DNA of 64,000 nt, taken from NCBI GenBank assembly GCA_964016885.1, contig OZ024741.1, positions 230,764,001 to 230,828,000 on the forward strand, in the 5' to 3' direction. Source of the stretch: Eledone cirrhosa (taxonomy: Eukaryota). Both the position numbers and the translations under genes were made by a program. Every line of letters begins with the position of its first letter. Position 1 is the stretch's first letter. Positions 38,716 to 52,634 of the stretch are shown piece after piece. The notes beneath the pieces are model-generated. The model had not been told where the DNA came from and ran no database searches. It worked only from the letters and a program-made list of their open reading frames with translations.

Positions 38716-38885
38716 CAGTAGAGGGTCGGACGCCATGGTTTGCAGCACAGTTACGTCCCTTTACGGACTGAGTTCACGACCCGCCGAGGTTAACTTTGCC
38801 TTTCATCCTTAACGGGTCGATAAAATAAAGTACCAGTAATACACTGGAATAATTGCTCGCCTTGTGCCAAAAGTAGAAACAATTA
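38716..38885 (+). mobile_element. tRNA-derived SINE copy (OK-like)
   Basis: Family match. Confidence 0.8.
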
Positions 38886-39196
38886 TTATTATTACTATGT
38901 TTTCATGCTTATGACCCAATATCCCATCCTCACTACACCTTCCTTCTTATTATTCTTGCTTTTATTAATGTCATTTTCATGTATCTATAAATACTAGCGC
39001 AGTGTATCATCTACACAAATCAGTATTCTGAAGATTTGGTCGGGTATCAATTGTAATTAAAATCGACTGACTTAGCATTTTACGAAACACCAGACAGATG
39101 AAACATTTGTTAATACTTTGAATAAACCCTAATGTACAGAGCCGATCCATCTTATACTTCCGTCGTTTACTATATATATATATATGTGTGTGTGTA

Positions 39197-39270
<74 letters not shown>

Positions 39271-39498
39271 AGTGTGTGTGCGTGTGTGCGTGTGTGTACG
39301 TATATATACATACACACAACCCCACAAATACATAGTCAGATATTCACTATCCAACCCAAATAAACGCGCACTCACCGCTAACCCTACATATACGGCCCCA
39401 TATGGACGCATATATACCCACATATATCCACGTGCATAGTACATATACACACACAGAAACACACCCATGCATATTTATATATATATATATATATATAA

Positions 39499-39607
<109 letters not shown>

Positions 39608-39794
39608 AGGGAGAAAAAACGATTATTAGGAAGAAAGTTTTTCTTTTCCTTTATTTTATTCTCTTTTTTTCTGGGTTAGAAAATGTTTAAAACAAAATAT
39701 TTTACTTTGTGTGAAGCGTTAAGCTATTAGTTAATTTATATATTAATTAACAATAGCATTTATTTATTTATTTATTTTTTTATTTAATAATTAT

Positions 39795-39832
39795 CAATTA
39801 CCGGTTTCAGCATTTTATGCATTATCAAATTA
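39795..39832 (-). ncRNA. Decayed hammerhead motif
   Basis: TAAT-TTGATAA-T-GCAT(AAA)ATGC-T-GAAACCGGTA-ATTG. The core has two transitions relative to CTGATGA. Confidence 0.45.
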
Positions 39833-40526
39833 TGTGAGTGGGAGAGAAAAACAAATGTAGGAGAGAATAACAAGGTTTTTGAAATAAAAAAAGATGGGAT
39901 GTGAACATGATAAGGTAATGGGAAAGAAAGAATAATAATATTTACAGGCACATATAATTTAAGCGATATCGTATTTCGGCGGTGGCCAAAACAAAACGAA
40001 ACACAATCTTCGAGATCAGTCGGTAAGCGCTCAATGGACTAGGAAGGAACCAGAGCAATTAACATACGTTATAAAGTCCAGATAAAATGAAAACAGTGGT
40101 TGAGCAGTCAACAGCCACGGTAGCCAAAAAAACGAAACATGAGAAAGAAAGAGAGGTACATAGATAGATAGATATCCTTCGTATGTGGCAACTAAATCCT
40201 GGGAGGGTCATCCGGGCAGAGTCAACAACACTTCTTCCTGTGGGTCCTGTCATATGCAACAGGGTCCAACTGATCCGGCGCATGTATAAGAGCATGTGTA
40301 TTTACCATTTAGCATTTACACCAGCCATATCCGACCAGAGTGCTCTCACCTCTTTCTATTCAAACTGCCTGTAACCGGCTGCTCATGCTAATGTCAAGGT
40401 ATTGTTCTCTAAATAAATAATATCAAAATCTCATAGAATCGATATTATATGACATAAATATGTCAGGTAAAGTGTTTACTGCAATAATACAATAGCATTG
40501 TGTAATGCAAATGCTAAAGGGTTAAT

Positions 40527-40606
<80 letters not shown>

Positions 40607-41254
40607 AATCTTGCTAAACAAATTCAGAAACGAAATATATATATAGCCATTGAGCTTGGAGACATGAACCGAATGCTACCATTCTATTTTATATCAATGT
40701 GAACTGCTATTTCTAATAGCCATCTTTTCATCCCTTGATAATTTGTGTGTGAGACACGTTGGCTGAGATCTTCTGACAGGAACTAAAAGATTGATTCTTT
40801 TTAGCTTCCCGTCCTCGCGTAAAATTTGTAAATCCGTGGCTAGTTGAGAGATAAAGTGCTATCGGTTGCCAGTTGCTAATCGCTTTACCGTGTCGGTTGT
40901 CTCAAACAGTCATGACCGGCATGGGCCGGTGTTTGGATTCTGTCGATCGATTGGTTATTGATTAGGCGATACCCGCTGATGAAGCCGAATAAGCCGATTG
41001 TGGATTGTTGCATAATATATGCAGGCAGATGGTGCAGTGCACCTTACTGCTGCATTAGCGCGGCATAAACCCGAGTCCGGTACCTTATAGGCACCCGTTT
41101 TACGTGTGTTGTGTTGAGACAAATAAATATGTGTATACTCTGGTAATGTATCTTACATTGCCCATTGAGTGCGCGGAGATACAACCTGTACTGGCATTGA
41201 TAAATATGCTGGGTCCGTCAACCCTTATTATTATTATTATTATTATTATTATAA

Positions 41255-41310
<56 letters not shown>

Positions 41311-41490
41311 CTGTGTGTGTGTGTGTGTGTGTGCGTGTGTGTGTGTATATGCGTGTGTGTGTGTGTATATATGGATGTGTTTGTAGGTTCGCGTGGGCGT
41401 CTGTCTGTATATATGCATGCATATATATACAGCCAGACAGACGCACAATGAAATCGGGGGTAACCTCAGTTAAAACATTTTTCAATGCAT

Positions 41491-41636
41491 TAATTGTTTC
41501 TACTTTTGGCACAATGCCAGCAATTATCCCAGTATATTACTAGTACTTTATTTTATCGACCCCGTAAGGATGAAAGACAAAGTTAACCTCGGCAAAGCAT
41601 GGCGTCAGACCCTTCTACCGATACTGCCAATCCACC
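41491..41636 (-). mobile_element. SINE copy (OK-like, internally deleted)
   Basis: Family match. Confidence 0.8.
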
Positions 41637-41739
41637 AGTAAACATGATTTAATACAGAAACTGCTTTTACAGGACTAGAACAGTTCATTCATACAAATAA
41701 AACAGTCCTGGCCCATAGAAACCAATCCTTTGTCATAGC

Positions 41740-42520
41740 ATCGTTTTTACGTCCGCTTTTCCACGCTTGGCTCATTTCGACGTGTTCTTCTCAGCATGGC
41801 ATTTCTTCACACGTCGCGATACAATCTTATCGCCTCTGTGAGTCTCATTCATTTGAGGTCAGCTCTCACAAACTCTGCCCAGATCTTTCTTGGTCTACCT
41901 CTACAGCGACTTCCTTCCACTGGCAATTCCTTGTATTTCTGCACCCAAATATCATTGTCCATGCGTATCAAAGATCCAAACGAACTCAGTTTCTCTTCTG
42001 CTCACCTCGTCGGATTCCTTTTACACAACGCCTCTTTTTCAACTCTTCCAAGCTTTGCCCCTCTCTCACACTTTCATTGCACATACAACGCTGCATAATG
42101 TTTCATTTCTCTCCAGTATACACATATCCTCTGCAGCCACAGCTCATATTTCACTAGCATGCAACATTGCATTTCGCACACAGGTAACATAGAGTCCTTT
42201 TCCATAGGGAGTAAAGTTTGTGGGCAACAGTGGGAGTAGCTCTCTGAACTAATCCTTATTCTAGCTATTATGCTGTCAGCGCACTCATCTCCATTCCTAA
42301 TTACAAAACTAGCAACCATTTCTATGGATCCTTCCCCTGGCAGAAATAGGCTTAAACCGCTGGTTATGTTTCCCTCGGTTACTCTTGGGCATTTTCTGTA
42401 AATCTACTCGTCATTCCGCTACATCGCTTGCGTCCCCAATATTTATATTGTGCACATCGTATGGATTTTATGCCTACTCCGTATCTTCATATCAAGCAGG
42501 GCCACTTAACTGACTCCTAC
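41740..42520 (-). mobile_element. RTE-like LINE 3' fragment
   Basis: Homologous in reverse to 35700-36520. Confidence 0.7.
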
Positions 42521-42550
42521 TAACTAGCATTTAAATTTGGACTACATTTA

Positions 42551-42593
<43 letters not shown>

Positions 42594-43761
42594 GAGCATA
42601 TGTTGGTTGTTTACCGACACTTCAGTATGCAGGTAAGAGCACTGGACGAAGTGCACAACTTCTGTTTACTCCGGAATAATGTAAAAACACGAAGTTTAAG
42701 TCAACAGGTAAAAATTACCCTTCTTTATTCATATTCTCTGCTATAAATATTTCAGAGATAGCCATTATCCAACCGCTATGACCTCCTCACGTAGTAAGAA
42801 CTTGAATAGAAAATACAGGAAAACATAATGTTGTAATAGATTTTACCTTGTTATGCATTGATATGCTCAGCTCCAGAGTGTGGTGCTAGTCCTCTAAGGA
42901 ACTGAAAGCATATGATTTAGAATGAACGAATTCCGGCATCCGAATGACATAACCTCACCTCATCGGTCAGATATCATATCACCTCCACAACCGAAATTCT
43001 ATTGAATTTCTTCGGTCACTTCTCCTAGAAACAGGTCAAACTGAGTTGCTTTTAACTGCATACATACACTGGTCCAATTGACCTAGTACTGGTATGAGCA
43101 AGTCAGTTAGCTGGTCAATTACAATCCCCCTGTTGTGGTGGTATCCAGGTTGTGAAGTAAGAATTTATGTAGGTAAACTGATATGGGATCATCTGGTGGT
43201 GTCAGTGCTTCACTATATCACTCGGTGTTATAGTGGGAGATGCCATAAATGTGTGTGTTACAACAAATAAGTGTTAACATCTATGAGTGTTAAGAATTAG
43301 AGTCTGTATTTTAAGCATTTAGTACACACCCGCAAACGTCCAGCGATGTACACACATACGTGTACACACATACGTGTACAAACATACGTGTACACACATA
43401 TAAAAACAAACATAAATGCACTCACATAGCTACAGCCACATATGTATATACATTCGTAAACCTATATACACGCACACACACACAAGTACATACACATACA
43501 TACGTGCATACGCATACACAGGCACAGACTCATATATTCCCTCAGGGGTGGGGAGAGATGTAATAGTTGTGTCTTATTTATTTGTAATAGTTAGTACTGA
43601 CTATTGCGTGCGAAAGGGGTCAGGTTTGAGGTAGCATATTCTTCGGAGAATAGGATCAGGATCACAGGCTGGGGTTCGGTGGTAAGTCCCGGTAGACGGA
43701 AACGTGGGGTTCCCGGTTGCATACAGAGTAGGACTCAGCCGACATACATCACGTCGCTACT

Positions 43762-43821
<60 letters not shown>

Positions 43822-43860
43822 TGGTTGGTTGGTTTAATAACAGATGGTTGTTTATTTTTT

Positions 43861-43903
43861 GTCGAAGCTCTTTCTTCACGCATTATGTGACCTCCTCAGT
43901 GAC
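43861..43903 (-). ncRNA. Decayed hammerhead motif
   Basis: GTCA-CTGAGGA-GG-TCAC(ATAATGC)GTGA-A-GAAAGAGCTT-CGAC, followed by AATAAA and (TA)n. Confidence 0.45.
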
Positions 43904-44449
43904 TAATTTGCTATTTTGTGTCCCTCCTTTGTTCTGTCCAACACCATCTTGTGTTAGCCGTCAGCTTTTCATTATTCTTAGTCAGAAGACTTTCAAAATA
44001 TTTATTCGTAAACATACCGTATATCATTAGATATAGGAAATTCTCATACTTATTTGCATACAGCTATGTCGGATTGAACATTTCAGGCAATGTATTGTTG
44101 GATGTCGGCTCGTTGCTTAAATAGAGAATCTTGCATAAAACAAAACAATGTGTTTCGCATTTTTCATTTCAGATTGCAAGGAGCCTACTGCATGTCTTAC
44201 AGATGACAAACCTATCAGTGACGATTGCAGGATCTCTTGTTCAAGAAATGGGAGTAAGTATTCTGGAATTTAATGTTTATCATCATCTTCGTTTCAATGC
44301 AGTTTTTAGACAAGTTATTTCTTCTTCTTCTTCTTCTTCTTCTTCTTCTTCTTCTTCTTCTAACCGGAATGTCTCCTAGCGTTCTCAGCCCTCTGCCTAT
44401 TGGGGAGTGCAATTGGTGGAAAATCTACCATAGCTTTCTATAGAAGTTA

Positions 44450-45155
44450 AGTGCCGGATAAAAACCAAGGCGTTCTTGGGGAGACTGTAATGTTCGAAGA
44501 CAATCAGGACAACCTGTACATGTATGGAAGTGCCGTGAACTAGGTTTGTCCGAGATTTGCGTAGCGTGACGAAACCTTCCTACGCGGAATCCTAGAGTGC
44601 CCTGTCACAGCTGATTTGGGGGTTTATGAGGAATCCTGCTGTCAGGTGTGGTGTACTAATCCGTATATGAACTGAGTCCATTGCGAAGATCGCCCGACCA
44701 GCTCCATTTAGAGTGGTAGGAGGGGTGAAATATGCCAGGCAGTGGACTAGCTTGAAAGGTTTGAAGACAAGAACGTTCCTCCTCGTTGATTTCATGACTG
44801 ACTTTTTCAGGAATCAACTGAAGAGAAAAATCAGTGTGGAGAGGGAAATGCTGCCTTCCAATCAATTTGTTGAAAGATAGGTGAAAGTGGCGAGCCTGGT
44901 CCGAGTGAATAGGTTTGCGCTTGTAAATCGGAGCAGAACATCTGAGATGTCTTAGTAGTTGAGGTTACCATGGCTTCTCGTGGGTGTACGTCGGAGGCAT
45001 CCCCAATTTCGGGGAATTTGAAATGTTTTTATTTTTAATGGTTATTTTTTAAGAATTCTATGTAAACATTTCCCTCACACAAGAAAACCCACTGGTCTGT
45101 GTTGTACCATCTTTATAGTTTCCTTAATGTAAGCCTTGTGTAGTTAATAAAGAAA
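44450..45155 (+). mobile_element. L1/Tx1-like LINE 3' end, decayed
   Basis: Homologous to 37780-38392. Confidence 0.7.
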
Positions 45156-45399
45156 CCATCATTATTATTATGATTATTATTGAATGTGAAACTAAGCTTT
45201 ATATGAGCTCTAGGTTCTTTTAACTGTGGGCATATATTTCGACCGCTTCTAAACTTGCATTAAAGTGTTAACCACTTAACACAGGGGGTTCCCTCGTAAA
45301 TAACACGACACCCCGTTATACGGTGTCGTCTTTTGTAAAGTTTCACTGAGAAAAAAATGTTCAATCATTATTTCAAACATGGATAACACTTGAAAGAGA

Positions 45400-48170
45400 G
45401 AGATAGAGAGCGATCTAAGCCAGCATAGAGAGAGGAGGATGTTGTTGTCAACAGTTCAACAAGATAGCATTCTCTCAAAGGAAAATGCAACAGAAAATAT
45501 TTCGAAAGAAAAGAAAAACAATATCGTTATTAATGATATTGTTTGATATTTATAACAATTAAATGATTCCGACATAACACCAACAATAACACCATCAATA
45601 ACAACAGCAACAACGAAAATAACTGCGAAAAGATTGAGAAAGACAATACAATAACAACATTCACAACAACAATAAGATCAGCAACAGTATCAACGAAAAC
45701 AAGAATAATAACAACAACAGTCACAACAACAATAAGATCAGCAACAGAATCAACAAAACAACAACAATTACAGCAACAACGGCAAACCAATAACTGTAAC
45801 CAAGATCCCAGTGGGTGTAACAAAAAGAACACACAATCCACACTGATCAATAGCACCAAGAATGAAATAGAAAAATCAAGGAGTCTTGTTGAAAGCAATG
45901 GCATATCGTCAGTCTCAAGACTCCTTCGGAAATAATCCAAAATACAGTACTTCGATCTGTGAAATACCGTATTATTGGATTAAAAATTAAAAAAATTGAA
46001 AGAGCCACAGAAACTCAAATTCGAAAGCCTTTGGGGCCCAGTCTGGAACCCCCCAAAAATATTATATTTAAAGAGTCAGAGGTTTCGCCACGCTGAAGGT
46101 GAGATTTAACACCGAAGAAAAGGCAAAATCTTACTCCCACAAGCCCCTACAAAGTTAGGAAGTTGTGCTAATCCAATTTATAATGTGGAATGAGATTAGT
46201 AAGAATCAAATTAAACAAAATACTACCTGAAATAGACATTTCTTGGCTATTACCTGCCGTAACGGTAAACATTAAGGAGACACAAAAATCCTTGATGTTT
46301 ATCAAATAAGTAAGGACAATTGGTCTGGGATGGCAGTGAAAATTTTACTGCAAACCACACAAAAAATGTAGATGCTATCCCTAAAGAACTACACCTTTCA
46401 AGCGGTATATTACCGTTAACAGTTGAAGGGCGAAAAGCCAGATGTCATATCTGCCTCTCCACAAAACACCTGAGAGCAATCTGCCCTTCCCTAAGATAAT
46501 GAAAACTCCGTTCCTACCAACAGCAAAAACTACAACTACTACTAGAAGACAAACACCAAATAAAACAACACCAACACCAGTAGCAGCAGAGAGTTCAAAT
46601 GAAGCACCAACAGCGGCAGCGCCAAGTCCAGCACACAAAAAGCTTTCACCAACAACATCAACAACACCAACACCCATTGGACACGTGCCACTCCCCGACG
46701 ATACTCATTACGAAAAGTGGCAACTAATAGGAAAAATAGAAAAAATTCTCCGTCTTCGCCCTCAAAAAAAAAAAAAAACGAAAACAAAAAAGGAAAAAAA
46801 TCCCAAAAACCGAAATTTAAAAACCACACCTCGAACACCACCACGATCACCACAAACTCGCACATAGCAAACACCACAACAATCACCACACTAACAAACA
46901 ATATTTCAAGCAAAATCTAACCCACACACGCAGCAACAAAAAGCTACAAACATAATGCACTACACAGTAATTGCCTCAAACAATACAAAACTTTTAAATT
47001 ACTTCGATCACAACACCACAATCACACAAAACGATTTTACAAAACCAAGAAAAATAGTATTAACTAAAACATACAAATAATAAAAATCACACAGAAATTA
47101 TACACACATTTAAAACAACATTCCCAGATTCGATTGGAGACTTCAAGGGAACAATCCCCAAACGAATTTACACAGACATTTTGACATTTGAGGCAACACC
47201 ACTAACACACAAAAAACAAACAAACAAAAACACGAAGAATGGAACTGCTACTGTCCTTACTCCCCAAAATCTAAGGTAAGTGGCCTTTTCCACTTTCTCC
47301 TCTAAATCAATCATGGCCTCACTCAAATTAGGCAGTGTGAATGCACGGGCTTTGGAGTCGTCCTGGAAACATGGGAACCTGCTCAATGACCTCAGGTCAC
47401 TGGGCATAGATGGGGTAGCCATTAGAGAGACCAGAGTTTCCGACGCACGAACCTTCGCACCTATTTTCGGTGCCTGCGAGGTATACGCATCTCCAAGCCA
47501 TCCATGTTCTGGAGGCTTAGTTGCCGTATTGTCCCGGAAAGGCATGGATCTCACAATACGAACCATTTTCCTGGACCCGGGGGATGAATTTTTGGTGCTG
47601 AACCTCACCAGCTGAAACTGGCACGCCTTCAGGTCAGCGGCCGTCTATGTTCCAACAGGGGCAGGACGAACTGATTTCTTCCTACATCTGGAAATCTTTC
47701 TGGGAACGTCTCACACTTTAGTCTTACTGAGCGACTGGAACGGTATCTTAGATGAACGCTGGGATTGTGTGGGATTAATCGATATGGGAGGAGCATTTAA
47801 AAGCCACGCACATCTGCTCAGATGCTTCCAACTGTCTGACAGATACCGACTGGATTTTCCGAATGCGCCAATGTGGACATGGACAAACCGTATCGGATAA
47901 TCCAGATCATATCTAGATAAGGTATTCTGTAGGGAAGTAAACAGGGATAGCATAAGTTGTCCACAATGTCAGACAGTTGAGTACACAGACCACAAATTTG
48001 TGATATGTGTATTAGATCTAGATATTATCCGAAGGCAAGGACCCGGTTACAGGAAGCTAAACACCTAATTCCCAACGTGCAAAGCCTACAGAGACCGGAT
48101 TAGTGAATTAGTTAAGCACCCCTTAACAGGAACAATCGTCAACAAGTGGTGGTATGCCCTGAAAAAAAAA
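45400..48170 (+). mobile_element. L1/Tx1-like LINE 5' half (decayed ORF1-like region plus APE)
   Basis: From about 47312: LGSVNARAL, AIRETRV, DWNGILD, WTWTN, SYLDKVF, YTDHKFV and GPGYRKLN. The upstream A-rich region is a putative ORF1. Confidence 0.7.
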
Positions 48171-48239
48171 CAACAAAGTAGAATCAATAATATTTTCCGG
48201 CGTGTAGGCTTTAGTTTTGTGCTGGAATTAGAAATCCTC

Positions 48240-49390
48240 CCGTCTCAGCTTTTGCGTCCAGTGCTTCTTCTTATTATTATTTTTATATGATACACGAATA
48301 AAACAGATAATTCTTTCTCTATTTGAGGCTTTTGACATTTCGAACCAAATTTCCGAAAGTTCCAAGAGGTCTTATTTATACGCCAACATTGATAAGAATT
48401 TTCTTTGGACGTTTGGTCTATTGAATCGCTTATTTGAACCAAGAGTACGTTCTGAAAATGTTGCCAAAACTAGCAGCTTTCTGCCGCAGCTTTGAACAAT
48501 CGGAACAGAAATTGCTGTTTTAAACAGTCTCCACTCTGTTTCAAAACTTCACTTTGCTCAGGGAGTTCTTTGGATTTGGATGCAATAGTATTCTTATATC
48601 TGAACCAAGCTTTCTGATCCACAAAGCTTTCCACTTTATCCTGTAGGTCTAACTTAACCTGTCAGATATCTGGATGATGACCAGTTAACAGCACGGCACC
48701 TTTCATAACACGAACAACCTGCACAGAATCGAAGCCATCAGAAAATCAATTATTCATCTCTGTCCCTGATTTCTCATATACCATGTATATTTATGGATGT
48801 CATTTTCTCGGATATAAGTGTTCATAATAGAAAGTTCAATACTCGAACAGAAGTACGATAAGGCCTCTCCATTCGTATTTAGATCGGGATCGCCGTTTTT
48901 TCCAATGACTCATTTACCTGCCACGTGGTCAGTGTCAACATGTACAATGAAGTCTCCCATTAGGATACATGATTCAGTCTTAACTACATCTAACGATGTA
49001 GGAAATTCATTAAGGAAGGATTTGTATTCGAACTCAATGTTTGGTGCATATATTGCATCAATCACTGAGACATCTCTCAGCGTAGGCTTCAAAATCTAAT
49101 TCTCCCTCATAATGGGTGCAGTCCAAAACACAGTCTGCCAGTCAGGGACTTATGGGTATCTCCATTCCCACATGTTCATTCATATTCAGCGCCAAACATG
49201 AATAGTGGATTTTCCATTTTCCACCCAAATCTACACTACCAGAGCACTGGTAATTTTATAAGTAAACTCCGACAAAATCTAGCCGGTAGTATCTAGCTTA
49301 CCCCACTAGTTTCTGTTCCTTACCTGTAAAGGTTGCAATGTTCCAGGTTCCAATTGTCAAATAGTTCTCCCTTCCGAACCCACTTTTGGG
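48240..49390 (-). mobile_element. Decayed LINE APE-domain fragment
   Basis: GTWNIAT, AIYAPN and CILMGDFIVHV motifs on the minus strand. Confidence 0.65.
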
Positions 49391-50285
49391 ATTTGGGAGA
49401 CGAGGATTGATGCATACTTTCCGAACAAGCTCCTTACTTACCTAACATTTGAACGCGTCCCTTGATATTCCGCACAAACGACAAGGCAGTATGATTGCCT
49501 TTGTTGCGTCTAGCCATATTGCAGTGCATTTTGGTTGACTTATTCGTGTCAGCCATCAATCGGGTAATTTTCCTAGACGTTCGAGAAATAGTAATCACAG
49601 TAAAGAGGAATATTTTCAACTTACTATATGACATATGGGGTCGCAGTTATATATATTTATTAAAATGTTTATTTTGGCTTTGGCATATAATTTGTCCATC
49701 ACGCTCCGTCTAACATTTTAGTATTTTTCCCTCCTTATCATCATTGCCAATAGCATAAGTATCATCATAATCTTAACATCAAAAAGGAAATACATAATCA
49801 AATTATATTTTCAGCTAATTGTCCCCAGTTTATAGATTGGTTCGGAAGAGAACAAAGGTTTCAATGTCACTGTTACTATCTAAAAGACTGTAAATTTAAC
49901 GACGAAGGTCGATGTTTAAATCAACGTTGTCAGGATGGATATGACGGTCCAACATGCCAAATACGTAAGTTAGATATTTTCAAATTCATATTAATGTGCC
50001 TTTAGCGTGTGTCGGCTTTTCCTAGTTGCAAGAGTGCCATTATGAATAAATTAGTATACAATTCTAACGTGTATGTTTATGTCACATTTCTACAAAGATT
50101 TGAAGCCGATTTATAGATTATGCTACAGGACCCAATACCTCCTATATCTATTTATTTACGCATGTAGACATTTTACTTGTAAATAACAGGGCAGATCAGG
50201 TATTTGGGTACATTTCTATGGATTTATTAAAAGATGCATAAGCCATGAAAGTGTTCTACTATATACACAGTGCAAGCCATTTTCG

Positions 50286-50628
50286 AACCCAGTGCATTAC
50301 TGGTGCTTTATTTTATAGACCCTGAATGGCAAAGCTAACCCCGGCGGTGTTTGAACTCAGATCGTAATGAGCCGTGACTCTATGCTACAAATCATGGTGC
50401 CCGACGCTCTACCAATACTGCCAATCCACGGCCTTAATAAGAATTAAAAAAATAATAATAATTTACTTTTGGAAAAGGCCTGCAATTACTTCAGTGCATT
50501 ACTGGTACTTTATTTTATCGACCCCGTAAGTATGACAGGAAAAGTTAAACTGGACGGATTTGAACTCAGAATTTTAAGGGCCATATTTCTATGCTGTAAA
50601 GCAAGCTATCTGGGGCTCTACCGATACT
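50286..50628 (-). mobile_element. Two adjacent SINE copies (OK-like)
   Basis: Copies at about 50286-50430 and 50460-50628. Confidence 0.8.
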
Positions 50629-50636
50629 GAATAATG

Positions 50637-50688
<52 letters not shown>

Positions 50689-50689
<1 letters not shown>

Positions 50690-52044
50690 TTGTTCTACAT
50701 GGATGAGCTGAAACTATTTGCAAAAAATGATGAACAATTGCAAGGGCTATTATCCACTGTGGAGCAGTTCATTGATGACATTAAAATGGAGTTTGGACTA
50801 GATAAATGCGCCAAAGCAACGTTCACCAGAGGAAAGCTGCTGAAAAGTTCAGACATTAATCTTGATCGGGGGAATGTGATAAGAGAACTTGATCAAGAGG
50901 AAACTTACAAATATTTAGGTGTTTGTGAAGGAGACGGAATCGAGCACTCGACAATGAGGGAAAGGATAAGGAAGGAATGTTACCGCAGAGTAAGAGCAAT
51001 CTTAAGAACGGAATTGAATGCAAGGAATAGGATCGATGCCATAAACACGCTTGCCATACCAGTAGTAACCTACAGTTACAATGTCATCAACTGGTCAAGC
51101 ACAGAAAAAACTGCTACAGAAACTGGCTAAGAAATGGCAAGAAAATCCTCTGTATGGAAAAAACCCAGAACGAGCTAACAATCCTGATGTTGACAAAACT
51201 TTAACCCATCAGTGGTTGGCATCCTCTGGACTGAAATCGGAGACTGAAGGACTGATTATATCAGCACAAGATCAGTGTCTGCCAACAAAAATATTACCAA
51301 GCCAACATAATAAAAAATAGATGCAGCCCATTATGCCGTGTATGTAAAAAAACAACCAGAGACCATTGACCATATAATTTCAATGTGCAGTCCTATAGCT
51401 CCAACCGAATACCTAAACAGGCATGACAGAGCTGCACAATACATACATTGGATAATGTGTAAGCATTTTGACCTGCCCCATCAAAAGAATTGGTGGGAGC
51501 ATCAACCACCTCCCATACTTGAAAAAGATCACATCTCAATCTTGTGGAACTTCAGCATCCAAACAGACCAACAAATAGATGCAAATAGACCTGATATAAT
51601 ATTGAAGGACTTTAAAAAGAGGGTATGCCTGCTAATTGATATCTCCGTTCAAATAGACAAGAATTTATCTATAAAAACATTTGAAAAATTGAGCAAGTAT
51701 AAGGACCTGGAGATAGAAATTGGAAAAATGTGGAAATTGAGAACTAAAACAATACCAATGTTTGTAGGCACTCTAGGAATGATACCTAAGGGGTCTAATA
51801 ATTACTTATCGCAAATCCCAGGAACCCGTGTATAGGAGAAATACAAAAGATAGTACTAATGGGAACTGCCCATATACTAAGGAAGATTCTGTCAATATAA
51901 GTACATCACAAGTCTAAACACCTAAAGATGCATGTGTGAGTATGTATGTTATTTCTTGAACATGGCGGACCTTGTTGTATCTCGAGGTCACTGGTTGTGA
52001 CTTGGTGATAACTTGTATGAACATAAAGCAAGATAAATGCAGCT

Positions 52045-52045
<1 letters not shown>
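50689..52045 (+). mobile_element. 5'-truncated R4/Dong family A copy within (TAA)n
   Basis: Highly similar to 54890-56586, with a ~350-bp internal deletion. (TAA)n lies on both sides. Confidence 0.93.
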
Positions 52046-52108
<63 letters not shown>

Positions 52109-52634
52109 TGTTTAATTCAAATTTTACGGGAATATGTCAACACAAAATATAATGAAAATATATATTAAACATACGAACACAAACTCATAGATACTATATC
52201 AGTAACCACAACACCACCACATCCATCATCGCCGCCACCACTCATTCAATGCTACTGACACTATTCCCCTGTTAACTTGAGAGAGAAAAGGGAAGGTGGT
52301 GGTAGCACTAGACAAGAGAGAGGCTAGCAAAAGATATAAATAGATTGACTTGGTTACCTTGCCACGGACAAATGTCTACATCAACAATTATGGGACTGCT
52401 GGCTCACCCCTTCCTCACCAACAATATAAAAAGCCCCGGCACCACCACCGACATAGCCAGCAGCAATAACAGCCAACTACAACAAAAAGTATATTATATT
52501 ATTGTAATGCACTGGGTGATTGCTGGCCTGGAGTGGAGACAATTATTAATAATTTCATTCTTAAGCCACGCAATGCTCACATTAAGGAACCACTCATGAT
52601 AATAACAATTTAAAAAAAACAACAAAAAGAAAAC

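Noticed and set aside
40974-41000. CTGATGAAGCCGAATAAGCCGA
   Set aside because: No complementary stem II and no GAAA box.
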